NCBI GenBank assembly: GCA_963736195.1
Contig: CAVTNP010000001.1
Span: forward strand, 1,638,016-1,702,015
DNA: 64,000 bases
From: Ignavibacteriota bacterium
GTDB taxonomy: Bacteria; Bacteroidota; Ignavibacteria; Palsa-1295
Reading direction: 5' to 3'
Position 1 is the stretch's first letter; every line of letters starts with the position of its first letter. Both the position numbers and the translations under genes were made by a program. Positions 10,959 to 21,082 of this stretch are shown here, one piece after another. The notes below the pieces were generated by a model that saw only the letters and a program-made list of their open reading frames with translations, was not told the DNA's origin and did no database searches.

Positions 10959-11996
10959 ATGAAAAAAATAGCCATTCTTCTCATACTGATGAGCCTGAAC
11001 GATTCCTCATTCGCGCAGTCGATTGCCGACGCGCTTGAGCAAAATGATCGTCAGTTGCTCCCCGCAGCAGTAGAAGCAGCAGTCACTTTCAGACCGGGCG
11101 GGCCGACATTCGTACAACAAAATTCCGGTTGGCGTGAAATGGAGAGTCATAAGAGCTCTCCTCACACAGAATCGGTTCCAGATTCTATTTCGTGTGCCGA
11201 TTGGTACTGGGTCGGAAACGAATATGTGAGCGAAGGAGATTATGAGACCGGCAAGGACACTTTGGAAGCCTACATTGAGCATTGTTATGCATCACCGGGC
11301 TCGCCTGATGCCTTCCCGCAGATTGGAAGTGCAGTCGGTTCCATAGCCCAACAGAATGAATGGCTTGCTTTTCGGAACTGGTTATTCTCGGTATTATACC
11401 TAAACCCTGACACCATCTATTATTGCAGCGATGCAGATCAACTCATCCCAACATTTGTATACGATGAAGGGCCTCGTGGAGACGACACGAAGGGCCAACT
11501 TGCCGTAGAACAATATCTTGTCGAGTCTGGTAAGTGTCCGGCATTCGATACCGGCCTGGTTCACTCACTAAAGGCAAACTGGCATGCTGCGTATCTGAAA
11601 TGGCAGGACACCGTGAAAGACTCGCTTGCCAACCCATTCGATAGTACTCTTCCGACGTTGCAGCAAATTGGCTTCCAGTTACTTCTGGGGCCACAATACG
11701 CCATTGCGAACAACGGCATCCTTCCCACGAGCATGCTGGGAAATATTGGCATTGCACCAAATCCTTTTCTGGATAACACCGTTATCGATTATTCGCTGAA
11801 TGTTCCAGCCACGCTCACGGTTGAAGTATTCAATGTGCTTGGGCAGCGCGTTGCATCGCCGGTGCCATCGGTCCTTACCACCAATGGAGCCTATTTGCTA
11901 ACGCTTACTGGTTCGGCAATTGCGTCAGGGACGTACTATGTGCGCTTCTCGGTGCCAGAAGGCGAAGTGCAAACGTTGAAGGTCGTGAAGGAATAA
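10959..11996 (+). CDS. secreted protein with T9SS C-terminal sorting domain (paralog 1 of a tandem pair)
   Basis: Signal peptide MKKIAILLILMSLNDSSFAQ. C-terminal CTD-like ~80 aa (PNPF...VEVFNVLGQRV...GTYYVRF...LKVVKE). Confidence 0.8.
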   Translation: MKKIAILLILMSLNDSSFAQSIADALEQNDRQLLPAAVEAAVTFRPGGPTFVQQNSGWREMESHKSSPHTESVPDSISCADWYWVGNEYVSEGDYETGKDTLEAYIEHCYASPGSPDAFPQIGSAVGSIAQQNEWLAFRNWLFSVLYLNPDTIYYCSDADQLIPTFVYDEGPRGDDTKGQLAVEQYLVESGKCPAFDTGLVHSLKANWHAAYLKWQDTVKDSLANPFDSTLPTLQQIGFQLLLGPQYAIANNGILPTSMLGNIGIAPNPFLDNTVIDYSLNVPATLTVEVFNVLGQRVASPVPSVLTTNGAYLLTLTGSAIASGTYYVRFSVPEGEVQTLKVVKE

Positions 11997-12062
11997 CCAG
12001 CAATAAATAATAGAGTACACAGAACAAGCCCCGAGCCAGGGAATCATCCTTAATGGTATGAA

Positions 12063-13064
12063 ATGAAAAAAATAGCCATTCTGCTCATACTGATGAGCCT
12101 GAACGATTCCTCATTCGCGCAGTCGATTGCCGATGCCCTTGAACAAAATGAGCGTCGGTTGCTCCCCGCAGCAGTAGAAGCAGCGTTCACTTTCAGATCG
12201 GGCGGGCTGACATCCGTACAACAAAATTCCGGTTGGCGCGAAATGGGGACTACTGATACCGATTCGTGCGCGAATGCTTTTGGGGCAGTGTACCTCTGGG
12301 AACAGAACTACGAGAATTATGCCCCTGCTTACGATACTATGCAATGGTACATTCGGCATTGTTACCAGAATGCCGACGCAGGGCACACGTGGGGTGCCTA
12401 CAACCAATCGTGGGACACCGTTGTCTGGACCCAAGCTGGCCGCGATAGTATTTTCAATTTTGTTCTCTATGCGCTCGGCCTTCGCAGCGATGATGAATGG
12501 TTCTGCTACGGTGTTCCATTATTGGTTGTCAAGTATAGCAATAGTAACGGTGAGACCCCAGATTTCCGCGCCGAGCGAGCTATCGATCAATTCCTGATGA
12601 ATAATCCGCGTTGCGTATTTAATTATAGGAACGACTCGATAGATTATGCTGGTACGCTTAGAGCGCAATGGAACCTATGGGTAGATACTGCGACTCCCGG
12701 CGACGTCTTCGATTCAACGATACCCACATTGCAGGAACTTGGCTTGGATACGCTGTTAAGCTTTGCTTCGGCAGCGGTATATGAAACGCTTGGCCCGCAA
12801 ATAATCCTCGATGCTCGTTTGGAAGGAAACCCATCGAACGATGGCGGCTTGCTCTGGCTTTCGATTGGGAGGGAAGCATATCTGCATATCAATGTGTATG
12901 ATTTACTTGGCCGTCAATTGTCGGGCGCAGGCTATCAAGGCATATTCGAGGAAGGCACGCGGGAAGTTCCGCTTGGCATGGCAAACGCTCCGACAGGAAC
13001 GTATTACGTCCGCCTCCAAACCGCGAACAACGAGACCCAAACGCTGAAATTGGTGAAGGAATAA
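12063..13064 (+). CDS. secreted protein with T9SS C-terminal sorting domain (paralog 2 of a tandem pair)
   Basis: Signal peptide identical to the 10959 gene. CTD-like end (NVYDLLGRQL...GTYYVRLQ...LKLVKE). Confidence 0.8.
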   Translation: MKKIAILLILMSLNDSSFAQSIADALEQNERRLLPAAVEAAFTFRSGGLTSVQQNSGWREMGTTDTDSCANAFGAVYLWEQNYENYAPAYDTMQWYIRHCYQNADAGHTWGAYNQSWDTVVWTQAGRDSIFNFVLYALGLRSDDEWFCYGVPLLVVKYSNSNGETPDFRAERAIDQFLMNNPRCVFNYRNDSIDYAGTLRAQWNLWVDTATPGDVFDSTIPTLQELGLDTLLSFASAAVYETLGPQIILDARLEGNPSNDGGLLWLSIGREAYLHINVYDLLGRQLSGAGYQGIFEEGTREVPLGMANAPTGTYYVRLQTANNETQTLKLVKE

Positions 13065-13084
13065 ACAGTCATATTTTTCCACTC

Positions 13085-13117
13085 AAAGCCCTTCTCATTT
13101 GAGAAGGGCTTTTTTTA
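13085..13117. terminator. intrinsic terminator between convergent genes
   Basis: AAAGCCCTTCTC-ATTT-GAGAAGGGCTTT hairpin followed by a T run. Confidence 0.75.
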
Positions 13118-13152
13118 GAATGTGGGAATAAGGAATAGAATTACCGGACCAC

Positions 13153-15618
13153 TTATTCTTTTACGATTCTCTTGCAGAGGACAATATCCCCGACGAGCGC
13201 GCGAACAATGTAAATTCCGGGTGCAAGTGTGCTCGCCTGCCACTCATGAGAACCGGCGAGGTTGAACTGATCGACCGTTCGTCCTAACACATTGGAGATC
13301 GTGACTTCGGCTGAAGGTGCCCCTGAAAGTATTAACGTCGCATCGCCAGCTATGGGATTTGGAAATATATTAAGGGAAACGATGCTCTCCATATTCTGCG
13401 CTATGCCGGCAGTTGGCGCATAAGTGAAGTTATATTCGGATGAGGAATTACCCGCAATATCCTCAGCGCGTATTGAAAAACTTGCGGGAAGCAATAGATC
13501 GATGATCGTCGCGGTGTCCGTAATGCTGGCTTCGCCGGCGACTACTTTAGCTCCGGAATCGGAGAAATGAAGATTCCCGGAGGATGCGATGCTGATCGCT
13601 TTGAGGCCACGATCCCAGGGCTTATCGTCGGTGATCTGCATAACTACCTCGAGCGGAGAAGAGAGTGTATCTGCATTAATGACGGGCGGATTGGTGTCGG
13701 ATATGGTGCAATAGCTAACACTTATCCGTTGGGCTTTTAGGTCCGAATTCACGACAGAAACCGTTCCAGAGCCATTTTGAAAGGAATCAACAACACAGAT
13801 ACTGAATGTGACCGAGTCGTCACCCGGAGCAAAGCCGGAAGATTGCAATTTCATGTTGACCATCGACGATGGATTGAGGGAGTCGATGCCACCTCGAATG
13901 ATTCCCGTATCTGCAACAGTTCCCGGATCGGTTGCGAGCACCGTCGTACACTGCGAATTGCATTGGTTAGTATCATCTGGCGGTGTTTTCGATAGCACAG
14001 TCACTACTGGTGTTGTGGTATCAGAGGGAATCCAACGTGAGCCATCCATTCTGATGAGTTGCGCATAGATATTGGGGTCGTTATTGCCTTTTCGAAAATC
14101 GGTCCAAACAGCGATACCTCCGTCGGTGCGTGGCGCTAAGGCCACTTGCTTTGTGATCCAGCCATTCGAATCCGGCCCGGAGCACAGAGGCTCCGCGAGT
14201 TTTGTGTTCCCACCGGCAGGAAAGTAATTGTGACCGTTGCGGTCGATTCGCTGCGCAAAGATGGTAGTATCCTTGCCGAAACCAAGTCCGTAGTATCGCG
14301 CATCGTTCCAAACCGCGAGGATGCCATTTCTGGCTGGATCGGCGTCCGTGATCTTCACGGCCTTGTAACCATTTTGGGCGTGTGGCTGCTGCTCGAGGAA
14401 GAAGAATCCATCGCCGGATGGCGGCCGAGTGCTTGAGCCATCGCCGAGCACGCGAACCATGGCAACATCGTAATCGTCGGTAGAACCGGGTTCCTGGTCA
14501 AGGAACGGAACGAGCACGCCGCGCAGCGATGCCGAACCATTGCTCCAGAGGGAATCGTCAGAGAAAATTTGTGGCGTGATCTGATCGTTGAGCCATGCTC
14601 CGGTCACAGAGATGGGAGGAGAATATTCTTTTGTAGTATTGGAAGTCGTGGAGCAGCTCATCCGCTGCGCGAAAAGATCCTGGCCATCGGCGGGGGAAGT
14701 TGAATTCGCAACTTCCCAGGAAAGTAAAAGCTGATTACTGTCGAGCGAAACGGCAACGTTGCTTGCATTGGGCTGCGGATCGCTTGGCGATGCCTGAGCT
14801 TCATAGATCAAGACTCCGGGGCTTGGCGGCGGCTGGCCCCAAAGCATACCGCCGTTGGAACTGATCCGGCGCGCGAAGATGGCAGATGGAGTGTGGCCTT
14901 CGTCTTCCCATGCTACATAACACCCTCCTGTGCCGTCCGGACAAATGGCTGGGGCAACTTGTCTGTTTGCAGATGCATCGACTACCATTCCTCCCGACCC
15001 GAAGCTCACGCCGCCGAAGGTCATTTTATTCAAATAAATGTCAGGCTGGCTGGAGGCTGTTGCATTGCGTGAGTCTTCCCACGCGACGAAGGCATTACCA
15101 TTTCCATCCGAGCAGATTGCGGCATGGTCTTGATTTCCATTTGCGCTTGCCACCGCAATTCCGGCGCTCGAATACGCGAGTGAGCCGTTTGATTGGATAT
15201 GTTGGCCATAAAGGTCTATGCCCTTGGAATTGGAATTTCGGTCATCCTGCCAAACGACGTATGCACCGCCATTACCATCCGAAGCAACGATAGGGTAACG
15301 CTGATCCGCCTCGCTTTGCGCGATCTTTACTCCGTTGCGAGTCCAGGTAGCATAGCCATTCGCGTTAAGATGCTGCGCGTAAATGCTAAAGTAATCGGCG
15401 CGCTCATCCTCCCAGACGACGATAGCACCATCAGCTCCGTCGGAACATATTTGAGGATAATCCTGCTGTCCGGTCGTGTCACACACAGGGGTGTTTGTGA
15501 CAGAGTCCGGGTTCCATTGAGCTCTTGCCGGCAAAGCTGCGAGCACAATGATGGCAAGGTACCACATAAAACTGCCACGCAACGATAGTGTTGCGTGGCA
15601 GGAACTGCTACTGGGCAT
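13153..15618 (-). CDS. large secreted repeat protein (~55-aa GGA-x-V-x-W-x-D-x-R repeats, propeller-like) with T9SS CTD
   Basis: Repeats include GAIVVWEDERADYFSIYAQHLNANG, GGAYVVWQDDRN...LYGQHIQSNG, GNAFVAWEDSRN and GGCYVAWEDEG. CTD is FPNPIAGDATLIL...GIYIVRA...KRIVKE. A more likely start is ATG 15567 (MWYLAIIVLAALPARAQ). Confidence 0.8.
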   Translation of the reverse strand: MPSSSSCHATLSLRGSFMWYLAIIVLAALPARAQWNPDSVTNTPVCDTTGQQDYPQICSDGADGAIVVWEDERADYFSIYAQHLNANGYATWTRNGVKIAQSEADQRYPIVASDGNGGAYVVWQDDRNSNSKGIDLYGQHIQSNGSLAYSSAGIAVASANGNQDHAAICSDGNGNAFVAWEDSRNATASSQPDIYLNKMTFGGVSFGSGGMVVDASANRQVAPAICPDGTGGCYVAWEDEGHTPSAIFARRISSNGGMLWGQPPPSPGVLIYEAQASPSDPQPNASNVAVSLDSNQLLLSWEVANSTSPADGQDLFAQRMSCSTTSNTTKEYSPPISVTGAWLNDQITPQIFSDDSLWSNGSASLRGVLVPFLDQEPGSTDDYDVAMVRVLGDGSSTRPPSGDGFFFLEQQPHAQNGYKAVKITDADPARNGILAVWNDARYYGLGFGKDTTIFAQRIDRNGHNYFPAGGNTKLAEPLCSGPDSNGWITKQVALAPRTDGGIAVWTDFRKGNNDPNIYAQLIRMDGSRWIPSDTTTPVVTVLSKTPPDDTNQCNSQCTTVLATDPGTVADTGIIRGGIDSLNPSSMVNMKLQSSGFAPGDDSVTFSICVVDSFQNGSGTVSVVNSDLKAQRISVSYCTISDTNPPVINADTLSSPLEVVMQITDDKPWDRGLKAISIASSGNLHFSDSGAKVVAGEASITDTATIIDLLLPASFSIRAEDIAGNSSSEYNFTYAPTAGIAQNMESIVSLNIFPNPIAGDATLILSGAPSAEVTISNVLGRTVDQFNLAGSHEWQASTLAPGIYIVRALVGDIVLCKRIVKE

Positions 15619-15663
15619 CAGAAAAAACCAACGTCTAAATAGTACGACGATAAACCTTGGCCC

Positions 15664-18342
15664 TTATTCTTTAACGATCTTCTTGCAAACCACGAGATCG
15701 CCGATAGCTGCGCGAACAATGTAAATTCCGGGTGCAAGGGCGCCGGACTGCCAATCATGTGAACCAGTGAGGTTGAACTGATCGATAGTGTGTCCTAACA
15801 CATCTAATACGGTTACATCGGCAGAAGGTGCTCCATCGAGTTGAATGGTCGCATCACCGCTCGTGGGATTGGGATACACCGAGATCGAAACTGGATTCGA
15901 TGACTGTTCGGCTACACCGGACAGCGGAGTATAGCTAAAATTATAGACGATCGAGGTATTCCCTGCGACATCCACAGCTTTTAGTGAAAAACTTGCACGG
16001 AGCGTATCAGTGATGACGCTGACCGTGTCGAGGAATGACCCCTCGCCAAGCGTGATCTTGCCTGGCGGACTCGTAAAATGCAGGTTGATCGAATCTGATG
16101 CTGAAACAGATTTTAGACCCCGATCCCATGGCCCATCATCGCTGATCTGAATGGCGAGCTTGAAAGGACTGGTGGAAAGAGTATCGACACTGATAACCGG
16201 TGGCCTGGAATCGGGAATAGTGCAGTAATTGAAGCTCATGCTACTGGTATTGTAGAGAGAATCAATGACAGTGATGGTGCCCGAACCATTTTCGAGCGAG
16301 TCGTTCACGCACACCGTAAAGGTTACCGAATCGGATGTCGCCGAAAAATGAGGTGTTTGTAAGACCATATTGATCATGCCCGAGGTATCCACGGATTGGA
16401 TACCACTCTTGAGTTTCTCAGTGCCAACGATGGTTCCGGGCGCCGTTGCAAGCACGGTGGTACATTGGGAATTGCACTGGCTGGTGTCGTCCGGCGGGGT
16501 GCTCGATAGGACCGACAATGCTGGTGGGTTGGTATCGGCTGGGATCCAGAGCGAGCCATCCATTCGGATAAGCTGGCAGTAAATGGCCGCAGTACCACTT
16601 CGGAAATCGGTCCAGGCGACGATGGCGCCGTCGGTGCGCGGCACAAGACAAGGTTCGCGAGCGGACCAGGTCTTGCCACTGGCGGCATTGCCGCTGATGC
16701 AAATACCCCAGGAATTATGTGTTCCGGCAGTTGGAAAATACTTACGACCGTTGCGGTCTATTCGCTGGGCGTATAACATAGTGTCGGGTCCATCCCAATC
16801 GTCATTCCAGACGGCGAGGAGCCCGGTATTGGCTCCCTTATTGGTGGTGTCGGTGATCTTCGTAGCCAGCAAATTATTGTGCATGTTCGGCTTCTGTTCG
16901 TAATACCAAAAGCCGGTTCCCTGACGCGGAAGTAATTCCCCGCCGCTGCCCAATACGCGCACCATTGCAATATCGTAATTGGACTGGGTGCCAGGCTCAT
17001 CATCCATGAAGGGAACCAACGCGCCATTTTGTCCGCTGACGGCAGAATCATCACTGAATATGAGGGGGTTTATTTGATCCTGGAGCTGATTACTGGTGAC
17101 ATCGACCGCATCGTTTTGATCGCCCCATAAAAACGTCGTATCCATAGGAGTGCTGCAACTCATACGCTGCGCAAAGATCTCTTCACCATCGTTGGGGCTC
17201 AAGGTTTCCCAGGCAAGCAGGAGTTGATTGCCATCACGGTTGAGCGTCACATTCTTGGAAAGGTTCGTTGAGCTTAGGTCGCGATAGAACTGAAATCCGG
17301 CTTGCGGTGCGGGATCCCAGAGCGCTTTGCAGGTGCTGTCGATATGGGTGCCATAGATCGAGTTGGGGATCGTCGCATTGGAAGTCCATGCGAGGAAGCA
17401 TCCGCCTTTCCCGTCGTTTACCAGCACCGGCCCAACCTGTTTATTAGCGATCGTATCGATGGGGAGCCCAGTCAGGTTTCCGACAGAATATGCGCCAAAG
17501 GTTCCGGGAGTGGGATACGTTTTTAGAGAGATTTGGGTATCGCTGAGTACCGAGGCAATCGTATAAGATCCCTTTCCCGCAATCGTGAGTGACAGACCGA
17601 CCATATAGCAATTGAATTGTCCGTTCGGATCGTGAAAATCGTATTCGTATTTAGGAGAGTGCATGGTTCCTACATTATTCTTTGTCAGGGTGCCCTGCGT
17701 CCCGGTGGTTGTAAGTCCATATTTCACTGCTCGTGGCCACAACCGATTCATCCATATATCCGGCCTGGTTGACGGATCGCAAGCCCGATAATCTTCCCAT
17801 GCAACGAATGCACCGCCAAACCCATCGTCGCAGATGGCGGGGTTCAGGCAACTGTTGAGGCCAATGGCTACCGCAAGCCCGGTATCAGGATAGGCCATGG
17901 AGCCATCGGCCAATATGTGTTGAGCGAACAGGCATGTTCCATTGGAGATGGCATTGTTTACGTTCCGGCTATCGAGCCAAACTACGTAGGCGCCGCCGCT
18001 ATCGTCGGACGTAATGATAGGGTTTGTCATTGCAGGGTTTCCGTTTACGGACGATGCGACCCTTACTCCGTTACGATTCCATCTCGGTTTCCCATATTGG
18101 TCGATATGCTGAGCAAAGATTTGGAATACACCGTAGCGGCCATCTTCCCAGACGAAGATAGCACCGTTCGCACCATCCGTACATCCCTTGGGATAGTCCT
18201 GCTGGCCGATGGTGTCGCAAACTGCAGTATTAACCGAAGAATCCGGATGCCATTGCCCGACCGCCATGGATGGCGCAAGGGAAATAAGGCATATTGAGAT
18301 CGAAAAAGCGAAGTAGCGGAAAACGCGTGACTTCATAGGCAT
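15664..18342 (-). CDS. large secreted repeat protein, tandem paralog of 13153..15618, with T9SS CTD
   Basis: Same repeat type (GAIFVWEDGRYGVFQIFAQHIDQYG, GGAYVVWLDSRN, GGAFVAWEDYR). Shared block PPDDTSQCNSQCTTVLAT. CTD is YPNPTSGDATIQL...GIYIVRA...KKIVKE. Confidence 0.8.
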   Translation of the reverse strand: MPMKSRVFRYFAFSISICLISLAPSMAVGQWHPDSSVNTAVCDTIGQQDYPKGCTDGANGAIFVWEDGRYGVFQIFAQHIDQYGKPRWNRNGVRVASSVNGNPAMTNPIITSDDSGGAYVVWLDSRNVNNAISNGTCLFAQHILADGSMAYPDTGLAVAIGLNSCLNPAICDDGFGGAFVAWEDYRACDPSTRPDIWMNRLWPRAVKYGLTTTGTQGTLTKNNVGTMHSPKYEYDFHDPNGQFNCYMVGLSLTIAGKGSYTIASVLSDTQISLKTYPTPGTFGAYSVGNLTGLPIDTIANKQVGPVLVNDGKGGCFLAWTSNATIPNSIYGTHIDSTCKALWDPAPQAGFQFYRDLSSTNLSKNVTLNRDGNQLLLAWETLSPNDGEEIFAQRMSCSTPMDTTFLWGDQNDAVDVTSNQLQDQINPLIFSDDSAVSGQNGALVPFMDDEPGTQSNYDIAMVRVLGSGGELLPRQGTGFWYYEQKPNMHNNLLATKITDTTNKGANTGLLAVWNDDWDGPDTMLYAQRIDRNGRKYFPTAGTHNSWGICISGNAASGKTWSAREPCLVPRTDGAIVAWTDFRSGTAAIYCQLIRMDGSLWIPADTNPPALSVLSSTPPDDTSQCNSQCTTVLATAPGTIVGTEKLKSGIQSVDTSGMINMVLQTPHFSATSDSVTFTVCVNDSLENGSGTITVIDSLYNTSSMSFNYCTIPDSRPPVISVDTLSTSPFKLAIQISDDGPWDRGLKSVSASDSINLHFTSPPGKITLGEGSFLDTVSVITDTLRASFSLKAVDVAGNTSIVYNFSYTPLSGVAEQSSNPVSISVYPNPTSGDATIQLDGAPSADVTVLDVLGHTIDQFNLTGSHDWQSGALAPGIYIVRAAIGDLVVCKKIVKE

Positions 18343-18570
18343 AGTAGTTTACAGGGTAATGGTGGGGTAGAAGTAGAACATTGAGTACAAAAGAATGCAC
18401 CAACCAGCAGATTAGCGAAAATCATACCAGCGGATTTTCTGCAAAGCATAATTTGCAGCTAACCATATATAAACCCGAATACATCATTTCATAACAATTG
18501 ATTCATAATACACTTATTTTTCCGAGAGAATACCGACCTCGCCAGTCAATCACCATACATTATCGGTATT

Positions 18571-20250
18571 TTATTGCTTCCTGAATTGCACCGCTTTCCA
18601 TTTCGAAAACAACGGTTTGCACTTGTTGCGTTGGTATTTTCCTGTGCTCGTAACCGGAATATCATTTCCAAAAATGACAACCTTCGGCGATTTGGAATAT
18701 GGAAGCAATGCATGGCAGTGAGCTATCACCTCCTCCTCATTCAGAGTAGCCCCTTCAATTGGCTGGACATAAGCGCCGATTTCTTCACCATAAAAGTCAT
18801 TTTCGAAGCCGACAGCGATTGCTGCCTTCACCTTGGGGCACCTGGCAAGTACTTCATCAATTTCAAGGGGAGAGATGTTCACACCACCCCGAATGATTAG
18901 CTCTTTGATTCGGCCGGTAATAAAGAAAAATTTGCGGCCAATTTCATCAACTTGGAAAAAGCCTTCGTCGCCGGAGCGAAACCAAGCATAAATGAAGGTG
19001 CTATCGTTGGCGTGATCATTTTCATAATAATACTTCATTACATTTTCACCTCGGATCGCGATCTCGCCTTTCTCACCCGTCGCCAGTTCTCGTCCGGACT
19101 CATCGGCGATCATCATCTCGTTCTGAGGGATAGCGACGCCGATCGATGGGTAACCGAAATCACGCATCCAATGGCGATGCTCCTCTTTCGTCAGATCGAT
19201 CGGCAAAAAGCAGGAATAGCATGTTGTTTCGCTAAGCCCATAGCCGTGCATGATCTGGATCCCGAACATGTCTTCAAATTGCGCGCCCAGTTCAACGGTA
19301 AGCGGACCTGCACCGCAAATAATGTGTCGGAGCGTCGCGCGTTGAGCGCCCAATCGCTCAAATAATGAGGATTGAGATTTATAATATTCTATCAGGAATG
19401 CAAGCAGTGTCGGTACGACGCTGACGACGTTCACACGCTCCCGCTCGATCCGCTCAAAAAAATGCTCCGATTGAAATTTCTGATTCAGAACTATCGTCCC
19501 TCCAAAATACATTGGAGTGACGAGCGTTACCACCGTCCCATTCACATGATGTATGGGCAGGACGCACATCATTCGCTGCGCGTTTGTCATTCCATGCCAT
19601 TCCGTTATTCCCGTTGCATCTGCAAGCAAATTATGTTGCGTTAAAACGACGCCTTTAGGGTTGCCGGTAGTGCCGCTGGTATATACAATAAGCGCTTCGT
19701 CCTCGAGGGTAACGGCTTTCTCGCTTGTGAAAAATGGCGAGGCTTGCAACACCAGTTCATTGAATGGTTCGCTACATAATATGACGCATGGGTCGGATGG
19801 GACTGATTGAATGATAGGAATGACTCGCGCTGTGTAATCGCTTCTTAGAAAAACAAGTTTTGCTCGGCTGTTTTCCAGAATATACTTGATTCGGTTGTCA
19901 TCTTCCGAAAGGCTCACGGGAACCACACAAGCGCCCATCAGCCAAGACGCAAAATATTGGATCACAGTGTCCGAATGGTTGTGGCTGATCGTTGCGACCC
20001 GATCGCCACGACGGACGCCTTTCGCGGCCATCACATTGGCGCACTGTTGCACAAGCGTAAAAAACTCTTTATAACTGAACGCTGTCCGGTTCCCATTGAG
20101 ATCATAGAAGATCAGGTAAGGCTTTGTATCGTACGCTCGGGCTTGCTTGAAGAGGAGCTCGCCGAAATTCTGAAAGGAAATTGCCGTGGGCTGCGGGTTC
20201 GATACGCGGCGGGCGTGTTCGATGTTTTCGAGGGTTGCTACTGATAACAT
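18571..20250 (-). CDS. AMP-dependent acyl-CoA synthetase/ligase
   Basis: AMP-binding signature YTSGTTGNPKGV plus downstream adenylate-forming motifs (GYGLSET, FRSGDEG, GKYQRNK). Confidence 0.88.
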   Translation of the reverse strand: MLSVATLENIEHARRVSNPQPTAISFQNFGELLFKQARAYDTKPYLIFYDLNGNRTAFSYKEFFTLVQQCANVMAAKGVRRGDRVATISHNHSDTVIQYFASWLMGACVVPVSLSEDDNRIKYILENSRAKLVFLRSDYTARVIPIIQSVPSDPCVILCSEPFNELVLQASPFFTSEKAVTLEDEALIVYTSGTTGNPKGVVLTQHNLLADATGITEWHGMTNAQRMMCVLPIHHVNGTVVTLVTPMYFGGTIVLNQKFQSEHFFERIERERVNVVSVVPTLLAFLIEYYKSQSSLFERLGAQRATLRHIICGAGPLTVELGAQFEDMFGIQIMHGYGLSETTCYSCFLPIDLTKEEHRHWMRDFGYPSIGVAIPQNEMMIADESGRELATGEKGEIAIRGENVMKYYYENDHANDSTFIYAWFRSGDEGFFQVDEIGRKFFFITGRIKELIIRGGVNISPLEIDEVLARCPKVKAAIAVGFENDFYGEEIGAYVQPIEGATLNEEEVIAHCHALLPYSKSPKVVIFGNDIPVTSTGKYQRNKCKPLFSKWKAVQFRKQ

Positions 20251-20300
20251 TCTGCAAACAACTAAGTTGTGCCAGCAATAAACTCCCTAAGAATGCTCGA

Positions 20301-20981
20301 TCAGTGATTAACGAATCGCCTCGGCGGAGAAGAGGTAACGTGTCCCGTAGGCATTTCTCCGGCTTTTGCTGTGAAAAGTGTTTGTAAGACACCATTTTCA
20401 TCCCACATCTCCCGCAGTTCATTGAACGTCATGATCCGTTTTCCCCGATCAGGGCGAGCAGGATCGAGGATGAATATTTTTCCCTCCTTTTCATCGTACC
20501 CGAAAACGAGCATTGCGTGATACCAAGTGTGCGTATTAGTAATACGGGGTACTTTTATTGAAACGATCACTGGCCTTTTATCATCAAGAGACTGCTCAAT
20601 TGCCGAAATAGCATTATGAAATCCGGCACTATCGTCGTGCCATCGCCAACGATCCCATGTATAACCAATTTTCTTAATTCCTTCCTGCACCTCAACAAAT
20701 GTTGTTGTGCTAAACAGGTCTTTATGCTCATTCGAAAGCCGTTTGACAGTCCATTGCGATTTGCCATCGCCATAATAATTCATTGCCATGGACACGCACG
20801 TTGGCAGGCATAAGTCCGGACTTTGCGTCTCATGCAATATTTGAAGATAGGCGTAACTGCCCCGCTCGATCGGTTTGGAAGGCTGTGCTTTACCACTGTC
20901 AAGCCATGAAAAGCATAGGACGACACAGAAGGGCAACAGTATGCATCCACGCATGGCGCGAAAATACGAAGATCTTAGCAT
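20301..20981 (-). CDS. secreted papain-fold cysteine peptidase-like protein (C39-like domain)
   Basis: Cys motif LCLPTCVSMAMNYYG and His motif WYHAMLVFGYDE...ILDP. The start must lie downstream of tRNA-Leu: ATG 20981 (MLRSSYF...) or 20954 (MRGCILLPFCVVLCFS..., signal-like). Confidence 0.65.
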   Translation of the reverse strand: MLRSSYFRAMRGCILLPFCVVLCFSWLDSGKAQPSKPIERGSYAYLQILHETQSPDLCLPTCVSMAMNYYGDGKSQWTVKRLSNEHKDLFSTTTFVEVQEGIKKIGYTWDRWRWHDDSAGFHNAISAIEQSLDDKRPVIVSIKVPRITNTHTWYHAMLVFGYDEKEGKIFILDPARPDRGKRIMTFNELREMWDENGVLQTLFTAKAGEMPTGHVTSSPPRRFVNH

Positions 20982-21082
20982 AATTGTCTTTACGGAAGAG
21001 TTGATTGTGTGCCTGTCTGCAACGAACCATATTTTCGTAATGTTTCCGTGCCTCTGTTCGCAAAACAGGCCGGGAGGCCGAA

